Shown here: positions 1-9,538 of the stretch, piece after piece
How positions within the stretch are numbered: position 1 is the stretch's first letter
Layout: each line of letters opens with the position of its first letter
Source: an uncultured Prevotella sp.
Lineage (GTDB): Bacteria > Bacteroidota > Bacteroidia > Bacteroidales > Bacteroidaceae
Direction of reading: 5' to 3'
Assembly: GCA_900317405.1 (NCBI GenBank)
Contig: ONGP01000010.1
Coordinates: forward strand, 33,273 to 97,272
Length of the DNA stretch: 64,000 nucleotides
Notes under the pieces: model-generated
Database searches by the model: none
What the model saw: the letters and a program-made list of their open reading frames with translations, nothing else
Told to the model about the DNA's origin: nothing
Made by a program: the position numbers and the translations under genes

Positions 1-966
1 AAGACGGCCGAGCGCGATCTGAGAGCCTTTATGGCCGACAAACCTCAGAGTGGAAAGATATACGAGATGGAACAGCCCGATGTGCCCCTGTGGGCAGTTT
101 GGGCTATGCAACAATATGCCAAGGAAGTAGGTCGCGACAAGTGCTTCGAGATGTATGGCAAGCTGTTGCAGGATATCATAAGATTTATCCTGGACGGCAA
201 GCATCCTAATTTGCGTCTCGACGACAATGGACTGCTTTACAGCAATGGTCGCGACAAGGCTGTGACCTGGATGAACTCTACAGCCAATGGCAAACCAGTA
301 GTACCACGTTCGGGCTACATTGTAGAGTTTAACGCCCTGTGGTACAACGCCCTGAAGTTCTGCGCCCTGATGGCCAGCGAGAATGGCGACGTGAAGGGTG
401 CTGCCACTGTCGAGACCCTGGCCACACAGGTTAAGGAGTCGTTCATAGAGACATTCGTTAACGAGTACGGCTATCTGCTGGATTACGTAGACGGAACGAT
501 GATGGACTGGAGTGTTCGCCCCAACATGATATTCGCTGTAGCATTCGACTACTCGCCGCTGAACCAGCAGCAGATGAAGAGTGTGGTAGATATCTGCACA
601 CGCGAGCTACTTACGCCTAAGGGCCTGCGCTCGCTGTCGCCAAAGAGTGGTGGTTACAACCCCATCTATGTTGGTCCACAGACACAGCGCGATTACGCCT
701 ACCACCAGGGTACAGCATGGCCTTGGCTGGGTGGATTCTATATGGAAGCCTGCCTGAAACTTTACAAGCGCAGTCGACTGAGTTTCGTAGAGCGACAGAT
801 GGTAGGCTATGAGGACGAGATGGACTATCACGCCATCGGAACAATCTCTGAACTCTTCGACGGCAACCCACCATTCCATGGTCGTGGAGCCATGTCGTTT
901 GCTATGAACGTGGCCGAGATTCTCCGCACGCTCAAGTTGATGGAAAAGTATTCATATCAAAAGTAA
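1..966 (+). CDS. Glycogen debranching enzyme (amylo-alpha-1,6-glucosidase, GH133-like), C-terminal part; 5' end outside the window
   Basis: Frame is open from base 1; motifs TWM, VEFNALWYNAL, RPN, GLRSLSP, AYHQGTAWPWL, ISELFDG; first gene of the glycogen operon. Confidence 0.9.
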   Translation, partial: KTAERDLRAFMADKPQSGKIYEMEQPDVPLWAVWAMQQYAKEVGRDKCFEMYGKLLQDIIRFILDGKHPNLRLDDNGLLYSNGRDKAVTWMNSTANGKPVVPRSGYIVEFNALWYNALKFCALMASENGDVKGAATVETLATQVKESFIETFVNEYGYLLDYVDGTMMDWSVRPNMIFAVAFDYSPLNQQQMKSVVDICTRELLTPKGLRSLSPKSGGYNPIYVGPQTQRDYAYHQGTAWPWLGGFYMEACLKLYKRSRLSFVERQMVGYEDEMDYHAIGTISELFDGNPPFHGRGAMSFAMNVAEILRTLKLMEKYSYQK

Positions 967-978
967 GGAGGAACGACT

Positions 979-2250
979 ATGAAGGTATTAATGTTTGGAT
1001 GGGAGTATCCTCCTCATGTATTCGGTGGACTTGCCACCGCTAACTACGGAATCTCTGAGGGACTGAAGGCTCAGGGCGATATCGAGACGGTGCTGTGCCT
1101 GCCTCACCCGTTTGGTGATGAGAGTCAGCACGCTTGCCGTATTGTAGCCATGAACGCAGTGCCCATTGCCTATCGCGACGTAGATTACGACTACGTAAAG
1201 CAGCGTGTGGGCAACATTATGGATCCCGATTATTATTTCAAGCTTCGCGAGCATATTTACGCCGACTTTAACTATATGAACGTGAACGACCTTGGTGCAA
1301 TGGAGTTTGCTGGTGGTTATCCTGGCAACCTGCACGAAGAAATCAACAACTACTCGATCATCGCAGGTCAGGTGGCCCGTGCCGAGGAGTTCGACATCAT
1401 TCACGCTCACGACTGGCTGACATTCCCTGCAGGAATACACGCCAAGCAAGTAAGCGGCAAACCTCTCTGTATCCATGTTCACGCTACAGACTTTGACCGT
1501 TCTCGTGGTAAGGTTAATCCTACTGTTTACAGTATCGAGAAGAACGGTATGGACTGGGCTGACTGTATCATGTGTGTATCCGAATTGACACGACAGACGG
1601 TTATCAACCAGTATCATCAGGACCCACGCAAGTGCTTCACCGTTCACAATGCAGTATACCCCCTGCCACAGGAGTATCAGGACATTCCACGTCCTGACCA
1701 CACAGGCAAGGAGAAGGTGGTAACCTTCCTGGGACGTATCACCATGCAGAAGGGACCTGAGTACTTCGTAGAGGCTGCCACGATGGTGCTGCATCGTACA
1801 CGCAACGTGCGCTTCTGTATGGCAGGTTCGGGCGATATGATGGACGCAATGATCCATCTGGCTGCCGAACGTGGTATCGCCGACAGATTCCACTTCCCCG
1901 GATTTATGCGCGGTAAGCAGGTGTATGAGTGCCTTAAGGCTTCAGACGTTTATGTGATGCCATCGGTAAGTGAGCCGTTTGGTATCTCGCCTCTGGAGGC
2001 TATGCAGTGTGGTACCCCAAGTATCATCTCTAAGCAGTCTGGTTGTGCCGAGATTCTCGACAACTGTATCAAGGTAGACTACTGGGACATCCACGCACTG
2101 GCCGATGCCATCTACTCTATCTGTCACAACGAATCGCTCTTCAACTATCTTAAGGACGAAGGCAAGCGCGAAGTTGACCAGATAACATGGGAGAAGGTTG
2201 GCGCCTGGATCCGCACCCTCTATCGCCGCACATTAGGCTGGGAAGATTAA
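979..2250 (+). CDS. GT4 glycosyltransferase (glycogen synthase-like)
   Basis: FGWEYPP-GGL N-terminus, HAHDWLT, PSVSEPFGISPLEAM; lies between debranching enzyme and GH57. Confidence 0.9.
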   Translation: MKVLMFGWEYPPHVFGGLATANYGISEGLKAQGDIETVLCLPHPFGDESQHACRIVAMNAVPIAYRDVDYDYVKQRVGNIMDPDYYFKLREHIYADFNYMNVNDLGAMEFAGGYPGNLHEEINNYSIIAGQVARAEEFDIIHAHDWLTFPAGIHAKQVSGKPLCIHVHATDFDRSRGKVNPTVYSIEKNGMDWADCIMCVSELTRQTVINQYHQDPRKCFTVHNAVYPLPQEYQDIPRPDHTGKEKVVTFLGRITMQKGPEYFVEAATMVLHRTRNVRFCMAGSGDMMDAMIHLAAERGIADRFHFPGFMRGKQVYECLKASDVYVMPSVSEPFGISPLEAMQCGTPSIISKQSGCAEILDNCIKVDYWDIHALADAIYSICHNESLFNYLKDEGKREVDQITWEKVGAWIRTLYRRTLGWED

Positions 2251-2284
2251 CATTAAACATTAAAAACTTAAGATTAAACATGTT

Positions 2285-3688
2285 ATGAAAACAATTTGTT
2301 TATATTTCGAGATACATCAGATCGTCCATCTGAAGCGTTACCGTTTCTTTGATATCGGTACCGATCATTATTACTACGATGACTACGAGAACGAGCGTAG
2401 CATCACCGACATCGCTGAGCGCTCGTACATGCCAGCACTCAATGCTCTGCATGATATGATAAATGAGCACGGCAAGTTCTTCAAGGTTGCATTCTCACTC
2501 TCGGGTACAGGTATAGAGCAGTTGGAGATGCACGCTCCACAGGTGCTGGAGAAGCTCCAGGCTCTGAACGAGACGGGTTGTGTAGAGTTCCTGGCCGAGC
2601 CATATAGCCACGGTCTTTCATCGCTGGCCAACCCCGATAGCTTTGCAGTAGATGTGAAGAAACAGTGTGCTAAGATCGAAGAGTTGTTTGGCAAGAAGCC
2701 AACTGTGCTTCGCAACTCATCACTCATCTATAGCGACGACATCGGTGCTCAGGTAGCCTCTATGGGATTTAAGGGTATGCTGACTGAGGGTGCAAAGCAC
2801 GTACTTGGTTGGAAGTCGCCACACTATCTGTATCACTGCAACCTGGCTCCAAACCTCAAGCTGTTGCTTCGTGATATCGAACTGAGCGACGACATCTCTC
2901 TGCGATTCAACAATAGCGAGTGGGATGGTTATCCACTCTTCGCCGATGCTTATATCGATCGTATTGCCCGTCTGCCAGAAGAGGAGCAGATTATCAATAT
3001 CTTCATGGAACTTTCGGCTCTGGGTATCGCTCAGCCACTTAGTTCAAACATCCTCGACTTCCTGAAGGCTCTGCCTGCTCAGGCTAAGGAGAAAGGTATA
3101 ACATTCTCTACACCAACTGAGATTTGCAAGGCATGTAAGAGCGTTAGTCAGATCGACGTGCCCGATACATTGTCGTGGGTTGACGAGGAGCGCGATGTAA
3201 GCAGTTGGTTGGGTAATGCTATGCAGCGTGAGGCTTTCAATAAACTCTATTCAGTAGCCGACCGTGTGCGTATCGCCAATGATCCACGTATCAATCAGGA
3301 CTGGGATTATCTGCAGGCCTCAAACAACTTCCGCTTTATGACCACCAAGCCATCTAATGTAGGACTGGATCGTGGTATCTATAGCGGACCATTTGATGCC
3401 TTCACCAACTATATGAATATTCTGGGTGACTTCATCAACAGAGTTAATGCCCTTTATCCACTCGACATCGATAATGATGAGCTCGAAGGACTGCTCACCA
3501 CCATCAAGAATCAGGGTGACGAGATAGAGATGAAGGATAAGGAGATTACCCGCTTGAAGGCTAAACTCGAGAAGTTGGAGACTAGCAAGCCAAAGGCTGC
3601 AGCTAAACCAAAGGCAGCACCAAAGGCTAAGGCTGCCAAGAAACCTGCAGCTAAAAAAGCTGATCCAAAGGCTGAGGAAACCAAGTAA
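2285..3688 (+). CDS. GH57 alpha-amylase family protein with a Lys/Ala/Pro-rich C-terminal tail
   Basis: FEIHQ, ERSY, VEFLAEPYSH, LRNSSLIY, LSDDI, LQASNNF motifs. Confidence 0.88.
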   Translation: MKTICLYFEIHQIVHLKRYRFFDIGTDHYYYDDYENERSITDIAERSYMPALNALHDMINEHGKFFKVAFSLSGTGIEQLEMHAPQVLEKLQALNETGCVEFLAEPYSHGLSSLANPDSFAVDVKKQCAKIEELFGKKPTVLRNSSLIYSDDIGAQVASMGFKGMLTEGAKHVLGWKSPHYLYHCNLAPNLKLLLRDIELSDDISLRFNNSEWDGYPLFADAYIDRIARLPEEEQIINIFMELSALGIAQPLSSNILDFLKALPAQAKEKGITFSTPTEICKACKSVSQIDVPDTLSWVDEERDVSSWLGNAMQREAFNKLYSVADRVRIANDPRINQDWDYLQASNNFRFMTTKPSNVGLDRGIYSGPFDAFTNYMNILGDFINRVNALYPLDIDNDELEGLLTTIKNQGDEIEMKDKEITRLKAKLEKLETSKPKAAAKPKAAPKAKAAKKPAAKKADPKAEETK

Positions 3689-3709
3689 TAATTTCCCCAA
3701 GGAATATAA

Positions 3710-3850
3710 AGAAAAGGGAGGCGAGCATATCACTGCTAGCCTCCCTTTATTAACTAAAACTTAAAAACTATTTTTTGCTTTTGAATCGACACGCCCTTAC
3801 GCAATCGCTGCGTCTCTGTAGAGCGCATAACAACAAATTATATTTGTCGA
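3710..3850 (-). ncRNA. Candidate intergenic small RNA (~140 nt)
   Basis: TAATTTTG -7 box on the minus strand (3854-3861) points to the terminator at 3713-3748 with no substantial ORF between; internal stems present. Confidence 0.5.
3713..3748. terminator. Bidirectional intrinsic terminator
   Basis: AAAGGGAGGC...GCCTCCCTTT stem with A/T tracts on both sides. Confidence 0.8.
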
Positions 3851-4008
3851 GTGCAAAATTACGCAAATATTCTCATTTACGCAAAAGTATTGTAGCAAAT
3901 GTTGCGTGATTTAATGTATTTTTATGAGTTTTAATAAAAAAACGCCTTGTTTTCTGTGTATTCTCGAATAATTGCCCTATTTTTGTAGCCAATAAAAAAC
4001 ATAAAGGT

Positions 4009-4758
4009 ATGAAATTTGTAAGTTGGAACGTAAATGGCCTCAGGGCTTGTGAGGGTAAGGGATTTAGTGATATATTCCGCGAGTTGGATGCAGACTTTTT
4101 CTGTCTGCAGGAGACTAAGATGCAGGAAGGACAGCTCGACCTGCAGTTTGATGGCTACGAGAGCTATTGGAACTATGCCGAGAAAAAAGGCTATAGCGGT
4201 ACAGCCATTTTTACTAAACACAAGCCTCTGAACGTAACCTATGGAATAGGTATAGATGAGCACGACCACGAGGGCCGTGTGATAACACTCGAGATGGACG
4301 ACTTCTATCTGGTGACATGTTACACTCCAAACTCGCAGGATGGCCTGAAGCGACTGGACTATCGAATGACGTGGGAAGACGACTTCCGTAAATATCTGAT
4401 GGCACTGGACCAGAAGAAGCCTGTGATACTATGTGGCGACCTGAACGTGGCCCACGAGGAGATTGACCTGAAGAATCCTAAGACCAATCGAATGAATGCT
4501 GGATTTACAGACCAGGAGCGCGAGAAGTTTACCACTTTACTTGAATCAGGTTTCACCGACTCGTTCCGTTACAAGTACCCCGAGCAAGTAACATACTCAT
4601 GGTGGAGCTATCGTTTTCAGGCCCGCCAAAAGAATGCAGGATGGCGTATAGACTATTTCGTGATAAGCAATCGCTTGCGTGAACGTATGGATGATGCCAA
4701 GATACATACAGAGATACTTGGAAGCGACCATTGTCCTGTGGAACTAACGATTGTTTAA
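4009..4758 (+). CDS. xth: Exodeoxyribonuclease III / AP endonuclease
   Basis: SWNVNGLRA, CLQETK, GYSG, GDLNVAH, GWRIDY, SDHCP. Confidence 0.95.
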   Translation: MKFVSWNVNGLRACEGKGFSDIFRELDADFFCLQETKMQEGQLDLQFDGYESYWNYAEKKGYSGTAIFTKHKPLNVTYGIGIDEHDHEGRVITLEMDDFYLVTCYTPNSQDGLKRLDYRMTWEDDFRKYLMALDQKKPVILCGDLNVAHEEIDLKNPKTNRMNAGFTDQEREKFTTLLESGFTDSFRYKYPEQVTYSWWSYRFQARQKNAGWRIDYFVISNRLRERMDDAKIHTEILGSDHCPVELTIV

Positions 4759-4760
4759 TT

Positions 4761-4840
4761 AAAAAGTAGCTTTTCGCACTTCGAAAGGTTACTTATAACA
4801 AACCAAAAAGCTACTTCTCGGAATGCGAAAAGTAGCTTTT
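4761..4840. repeat. Four quasi-palindromic 14-bp boxes (AAAAGTAGCTTTT-like) at a 22-bp period
   Basis: Boxes start at 4761, 4783, 4805 and 4827; lies between convergent genes. Confidence 0.75.
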
Positions 4841-4861
4841 TAAAGTATTATCGATTTGAGT

Positions 4862-5491
4862 TTAGAGACCCAGACCCTTCTTCAGCTTGTTGGCACCATC
4901 GTCGATGGCATCGTTAGCCTTCTTCTTGGCATCCTCCTTTGCAGCATTAGCTGCATCCTCAGCTGCCTTCTTGGTGTTTTCTACTGCATCCTGACCAGCC
5001 TTTTTGGCACCCTCAACAGCTGCATTAGCTGCATCAACGGTCTGATCTACAGCTGCCTGACCAGCCTCCTGAACGCCACCTACGGCTGAAGCAAGACCAT
5101 TAACGAATGTCTCAGCAGGAGTAGTGGTGAGAGCTGTTACAGCTGAAGCTACAGCAGCATTGTCGCCAGCGAATGCCTTAATCTGATCGGCGTTAGTCTT
5201 CAGGAACTCCTGAACCTTGGTTACATACTCCTTAGCGAGCTCTGGGTTGGTGGTGATGAACTCCTTAACCTTCACCTGAACTGTGGCAAGAACCTCCTGG
5301 AACTTTGTGGCGTCCTTAGCCTCGATCTGCTCTGACAGAGCGGCTGTGATAGCGCCTACAGCCTCATCAACGTTTGGCTCTTCAGCAACTACAGTACTGT
5401 CGGCTGCCTCGGCAGGAGCCTGAGTTTTGTTACCACAAGATGTGAAACCAATGGCCAAGCAGGCCACTACTGCGAAAAGAACTTTTTTCAT
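4862..5491 (-). CDS. Ala-rich hypothetical lipoprotein
   Basis: Signal peptide II (GFTSC); low-complexity helical C-terminus. Confidence 0.8.
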   Translation of the reverse strand: MKKVLFAVVACLAIGFTSCGNKTQAPAEAADSTVVAEEPNVDEAVGAITAALSEQIEAKDATKFQEVLATVQVKVKEFITTNPELAKEYVTKVQEFLKTNADQIKAFAGDNAAVASAVTALTTTPAETFVNGLASAVGGVQEAGQAAVDQTVDAANAAVEGAKKAGQDAVENTKKAAEDAANAAKEDAKKKANDAIDDGANKLKKGLGL

Positions 5492-5652
5492 AATACTTTC
5501 AATTTAATTTTTTAGTAAAACAATAGAATGACTTGATTTTTGGCAACAAAAATAAGGTTTTTTAGAATACGTTGGCGCAAAAGTTGCCGAAAATTTGTTT
5601 TTTTTATACTTTTGCACGCGTTTTTTCAAGATAACATGTTATTAATAGAAAG

Positions 5653-7353
5653 ATGATGACAACATTTGCATTCAAGCCGAAACTGTTGCAGACACTTCTG
5701 CACTACAACAAACAACAGTTTACCACCGACCTGCTGGCCGGTATCATCGTTGGTATCGTAGCATTGCCATTGGCTATTGCCTTCGGTATCGCATCGGGTG
5801 TAACCCCTGAGAAGGGTATTATCACTGCCATCGTAGCCGGACTTATTATTTCGGTATTTGGTGGATCTAAAGTTCAGATAGGCGGACCTACTGGCGCGTT
5901 TATCATTATTATCTACGGAATAATTCAGCAGTACGGATTTGAGGGACTGACCATCGCAACACTGATGGCAGGTGTGTTCCTGATATTGTTTGGCGTGCTG
6001 CATCTTGGAACCATCATCAAGTATATCCCATATCCTATCGTAGTAGGCTTTACCAGTGGTATCGCACTGACCATCTTTACCACACAGATTAAGGATCTTT
6101 TCGGACTAACGATGGAGAGTGTGCCAAGCGACTTCATAGAGAAGTGGATAGCTTATATTGGCGACTTTGGCACCATCGACTGGTGGAGCACAGCTGTAGG
6201 TGTAGGTTCAGTAGCTGTGATTGCTACATGGCCTATGGTAGCTAAATATAATAATGTATTGAAGAAATTGCCCGGATCGCTCATCGCAATCATTGTGATG
6301 ACCGTAGCCGTGCTGCTGCTTAAGCAATATGCTGGAGTGGAGAGTGTTGAGACTATCGGCGACAGATTCTCGATTTCGAACAAGCTGCCCGGAGCTGAGA
6401 TGCCTGCACTCTCGTGGGATGTAATTAAGGGTCTGGTGTCGCCAGCTATCACTATAGCCATTCTTGGTGCAATTGAATCTTTGCTTTCAGCCACTGTGGC
6501 CGACGGTGTGATTGGCGATCGCCACGACTCTAACACCGAACTTATCGCTCAGGGTGTAGCCAACCTGGCCAGCCCGATCTTCGGTGGTATCCCTGCAACA
6601 GGTGCCATCGCACGTACAATGACCAACATCAACAATGGTGGACGTACCCCAGTAGCTGGTATCGTGCATGCAGCAGTGTTGTTGATGATATTCCTGTTCC
6701 TGATGCCTCTGGCCCAGTATATCCCAATGGCATGTCTGGCTGGTGTGCTGGTAATCGTAAGTTACAACATGAGTGGATGGCGTTCGTTCGCTTCGATAAT
6801 GAAGAACCCCAAGAGCGATGTTATCGTACTGGTAGTAACATTCCTGCTTACTGTAATCTTCGACCTTACCATCGCTATCGAGGTGGGACTGATCTGCGCT
6901 TGTCTGCTGTTCATGCGTCGTATGGCTGAGACTACCGACGTGAAGGTTATCAGCGACGAGATTGACCCAGAGGAGGAACAGAGCGACTTCCAGATGGGTA
7001 ACCTTGAGCACCTGACAATACCTGATGGTGTAGAGGTTTATGAGATTAACGGTCCTTACTTCTTTGGAGCTGGTAATAAGTTTGAGGATCTGATGAGTAC
7101 CCTGGGACATCAGCGTCCTAAGGTGCGTATCATCCGTATGCGTAAGGTGCCATTTGTTGACTCAACAGGTATCCACAACCTTACCAACCTGTGCTTGATG
7201 AGTCAGGCTGAGGGTATACAGGTAGTGTTGTCGGGTGTTAACGAGAATGTTCAGGCCGTACTGCACAAGGCTGGATTCGACCAGATGCTGGGCGAGGAGA
7301 ATATCTGCTCGCACATCAATATAGCCCTGGAGCGCGCTAAGAGTTTGATTTAA
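5653..7353 (+). CDS. SulP/SLC26 family anion transporter with STAS domain
   Basis: DLLAGIIVGIVALPLAIAF, GPTGA, ESLLSA, PATGAIART, C-terminal STAS (GPYFFG, DSTG); TACTTTTG promoter box at 5607-5614. Confidence 0.93.
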   Translation: MMTTFAFKPKLLQTLLHYNKQQFTTDLLAGIIVGIVALPLAIAFGIASGVTPEKGIITAIVAGLIISVFGGSKVQIGGPTGAFIIIIYGIIQQYGFEGLTIATLMAGVFLILFGVLHLGTIIKYIPYPIVVGFTSGIALTIFTTQIKDLFGLTMESVPSDFIEKWIAYIGDFGTIDWWSTAVGVGSVAVIATWPMVAKYNNVLKKLPGSLIAIIVMTVAVLLLKQYAGVESVETIGDRFSISNKLPGAEMPALSWDVIKGLVSPAITIAILGAIESLLSATVADGVIGDRHDSNTELIAQGVANLASPIFGGIPATGAIARTMTNINNGGRTPVAGIVHAAVLLMIFLFLMPLAQYIPMACLAGVLVIVSYNMSGWRSFASIMKNPKSDVIVLVVTFLLTVIFDLTIAIEVGLICACLLFMRRMAETTDVKVISDEIDPEEEQSDFQMGNLEHLTIPDGVEVYEINGPYFFGAGNKFEDLMSTLGHQRPKVRIIRMRKVPFVDSTGIHNLTNLCLMSQAEGIQVVLSGVNENVQAVLHKAGFDQMLGEENICSHINIALERAKSLI

Positions 7354-7997
7354 GAATTAAGATACGGATTATAGTTCAATTCTTCGCCTACGGTGGTCTG
7401 TGGACCATGACCACAATACACTTTGGTATCGGCGGGGAGTTGAGCTATAACGTTTTTCAGACTGTCAAGTATATCAGCGTAGCTGCCCCGTTCGAAATCG
7501 GTACGACCTATGCTCATACGAAACAGAGTGTCGCCTGTAAAGGCGATACCTTCTTCGGCACAATAAAAGGTTACACCACCAGGTGTATGACCAGGTGTAC
7601 GAAGAATCTGCAACTGATGATTGCCAAAACGAATAACTTCGTTATTTTCAAAGAAGTGTCCTGGTTCAGGATACGTCCATTTAAGTTTCACTCCCGCCAT
7701 AGCCAAGAACTGCCCGGGTATGTCGCTGATGAGCCAATCGTCGTCAGAGGCTATCTCGGGCTTTAATCCCCAAGTGTCATACACCGTGTTTATGCCAAAG
7801 TTGTGGTCGAAATGGCCATGAGTGCATAACAGGTGTGTGGGCTTGAGATGGTTGTCGTTGATATAGTTAACCAACGCATCGCGCTCCTCCTGATAGTATG
7901 CACCACAATCGATGATGACACACTCCTGAGTGTCATCGCTCAACACGTAGGTATTCTCCTGAAGGAGATTGAAACAGAACGTCTTGACAGTAATCAT
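7350..7997 (-). CDS. MBL-fold metallo-hydrolase (glyoxalase II/YcbL-like)
   Basis: THGHFDH, TPGHTPG, GDTLF, GHG; start set at MITVKTF, overlapping the rsmG stop. Confidence 0.9.
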   Translation of the reverse strand: MITVKTFCFNLLQENTYVLSDDTQECVIIDCGAYYQEERDALVNYINDNHLKPTHLLCTHGHFDHNFGINTVYDTWGLKPEIASDDDWLISDIPGQFLAMAGVKLKWTYPEPGHFFENNEVIRFGNHQLQILRTPGHTPGGVTFYCAEEGIAFTGDTLFRMSIGRTDFERGSYADILDSLKNVIAQLPADTKVYCGHGPQTTVGEELNYNPYLNS

Positions 7998-8620
7998 AGT
8001 GGCAGGTAGATTACATACTTTTCTTTGAACCACTCTTCGCTGAAGAACTGCGAAATGTCAGTAGTCTCAACTATCTTGTGGAAAGGTTGCAGTTCGTTCT
8101 GAAGATTGCCGCCCTTAAGACATATTACACCATTAGGCAGTGAATTCTGCTGTGTCTTTGAGATGTTCTTACGCATCAGTTTTACTAGATCGGGTAGGGG
8201 CATAACGGCACGAGATACGATGAAGTCGTACTTATCCTTTTCGTCCTCGCCACGAAGATGTGTGGGCGAGCAATTCTTTAGTCCGATGGCATCGCACACC
8301 TCCTGTGCTACACGTATCTTCTTTCCAGTTCCGTCGATGAGCTTAAACTTACACTCAGGAAACAGAATAGAAAGTGGAACACCAGGGAATCCTCCACCTG
8401 TGCCAAAATCAAGAATGTTGGTGCCAGGACGGAAGTTTATTATCTTAGCGATGGCCAATGAATGGAGCACATGATGCTCGTACACGTGGTCGATATCCTT
8501 ACGCGATATAACATTGATCTTGGCATTCCAATCGCGATACAACTCGCCAAGTGCAGCAAACTGTGTGAGTTGTTCATCGCTAAGATGTGGAAAGTATTTG
8601 TAGATAATCTCTGCGTTCAT
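7994..8620 (-). CDS. rsmG: 16S rRNA m7G527 methyltransferase
   Basis: WNAKINVISR, HVLHSL, DFGTGGGFPG, VSRAV, LKG. Confidence 0.95.
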   Translation of the reverse strand: MNAEIIYKYFPHLSDEQLTQFAALGELYRDWNAKINVISRKDIDHVYEHHVLHSLAIAKIINFRPGTNILDFGTGGGFPGVPLSILFPECKFKLIDGTGKKIRVAQEVCDAIGLKNCSPTHLRGEDEKDKYDFIVSRAVMPLPDLVKLMRKNISKTQQNSLPNGVICLKGGNLQNELQPFHKIVETTDISQFFSEEWFKEKYVIYLPL

Positions 8621-9426
8621 TGTAATGACTTTAAGAATTTGGGTTTGATAAACTTCTCCATCTGAGCATAAGTAAGCACAAGCTGGATGGTGCCAAGCTC
8701 GAGCGATGCAATCTCGGATGGATTGTAAATAAATGTGATAGTGTTGTCGCCCACGATGAAGTTCTCAGAAGGATAGATGTCGACAGTCTGCAGGTATCCC
8801 TTCTCCTTGAGTCCTTCAATGCTCTCGACCTCAACTCTCTCCATCAGTGCTTTTAATAATATGGGAGTGAGTTGGGTTTCGTAGCCATCCACAAAGATAT
8901 CCTTGCGTGTAATCTCATCGCCTGTATCGCTGTAGAAATTAAGCGGAATGGTCTGGTGGATACTGTTGGTATGTCCTTCGCTATAATCGACTGTAGCCAG
9001 ATAAGCAAGCGTACGACGCGATGTCTGTTCGGTGGTAGAGTTGATGATATAGTGGAACTCGTACCACTGACGTTTAGTGGTGTCGGCACGATCCTCATTG
9101 TATAGCGGAAGCATATTGCTTTTATATGTCTTTACGTAGTTGTCGGCAAACTGCTCGATACAGCCCTTGAGACCTACGCTCTCCTGATTAAACAGACGGT
9201 AAGCCACACTAGCATTGATTTTCTCGCCAACCTTGCCACTCTCCTTTGTAGCTGCTGCTATCTTTAGGCTAACACTACACAGAGGCGAGCGCTCTTCGTT
9301 AGAAAGGCGCGTTGACTGTTCGGCTTCGAGAATCTCGAAAGTCAGTCGTGGTTCGTCATTATTTCTACAACTTGATGATAACACCAGAACAAGCAGAAAT
9401 AGGGCTGTTTTTAGTAGGTTCACCAT
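8617..9426 (-). CDS. RsiV/DUF3298-family lipoprotein
   Basis: Lipobox LSSSC; C-terminal ENF...ITFIYNPSEIA motif. Confidence 0.7.
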   Translation of the reverse strand: MVNLLKTALFLLVLVLSSSCRNNDEPRLTFEILEAEQSTRLSNEERSPLCSVSLKIAAATKESGKVGEKINASVAYRLFNQESVGLKGCIEQFADNYVKTYKSNMLPLYNEDRADTTKRQWYEFHYIINSTTEQTSRRTLAYLATVDYSEGHTNSIHQTIPLNFYSDTGDEITRKDIFVDGYETQLTPILLKALMERVEVESIEGLKEKGYLQTVDIYPSENFIVGDNTITFIYNPSEIASLELGTIQLVLTYAQMEKFIKPKFLKSLQ

Positions 9427-9538
9427 ATTATTAGCACTAATTTTTGCGCAAAATTACACTAAAAAAGCGAAAAAAGCAAATTTCTCATAAAAAATCATTA
9501 ATTTTGCACCCGAATTAATATCAAATCATATAAATTCG

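Noticed and set aside
3710-3850. Naming the sRNA as GibS or another known Bacteroides sRNA
   Set aside because: Proximity to glycogen genes is suggestive only; I cannot verify sequence similarity
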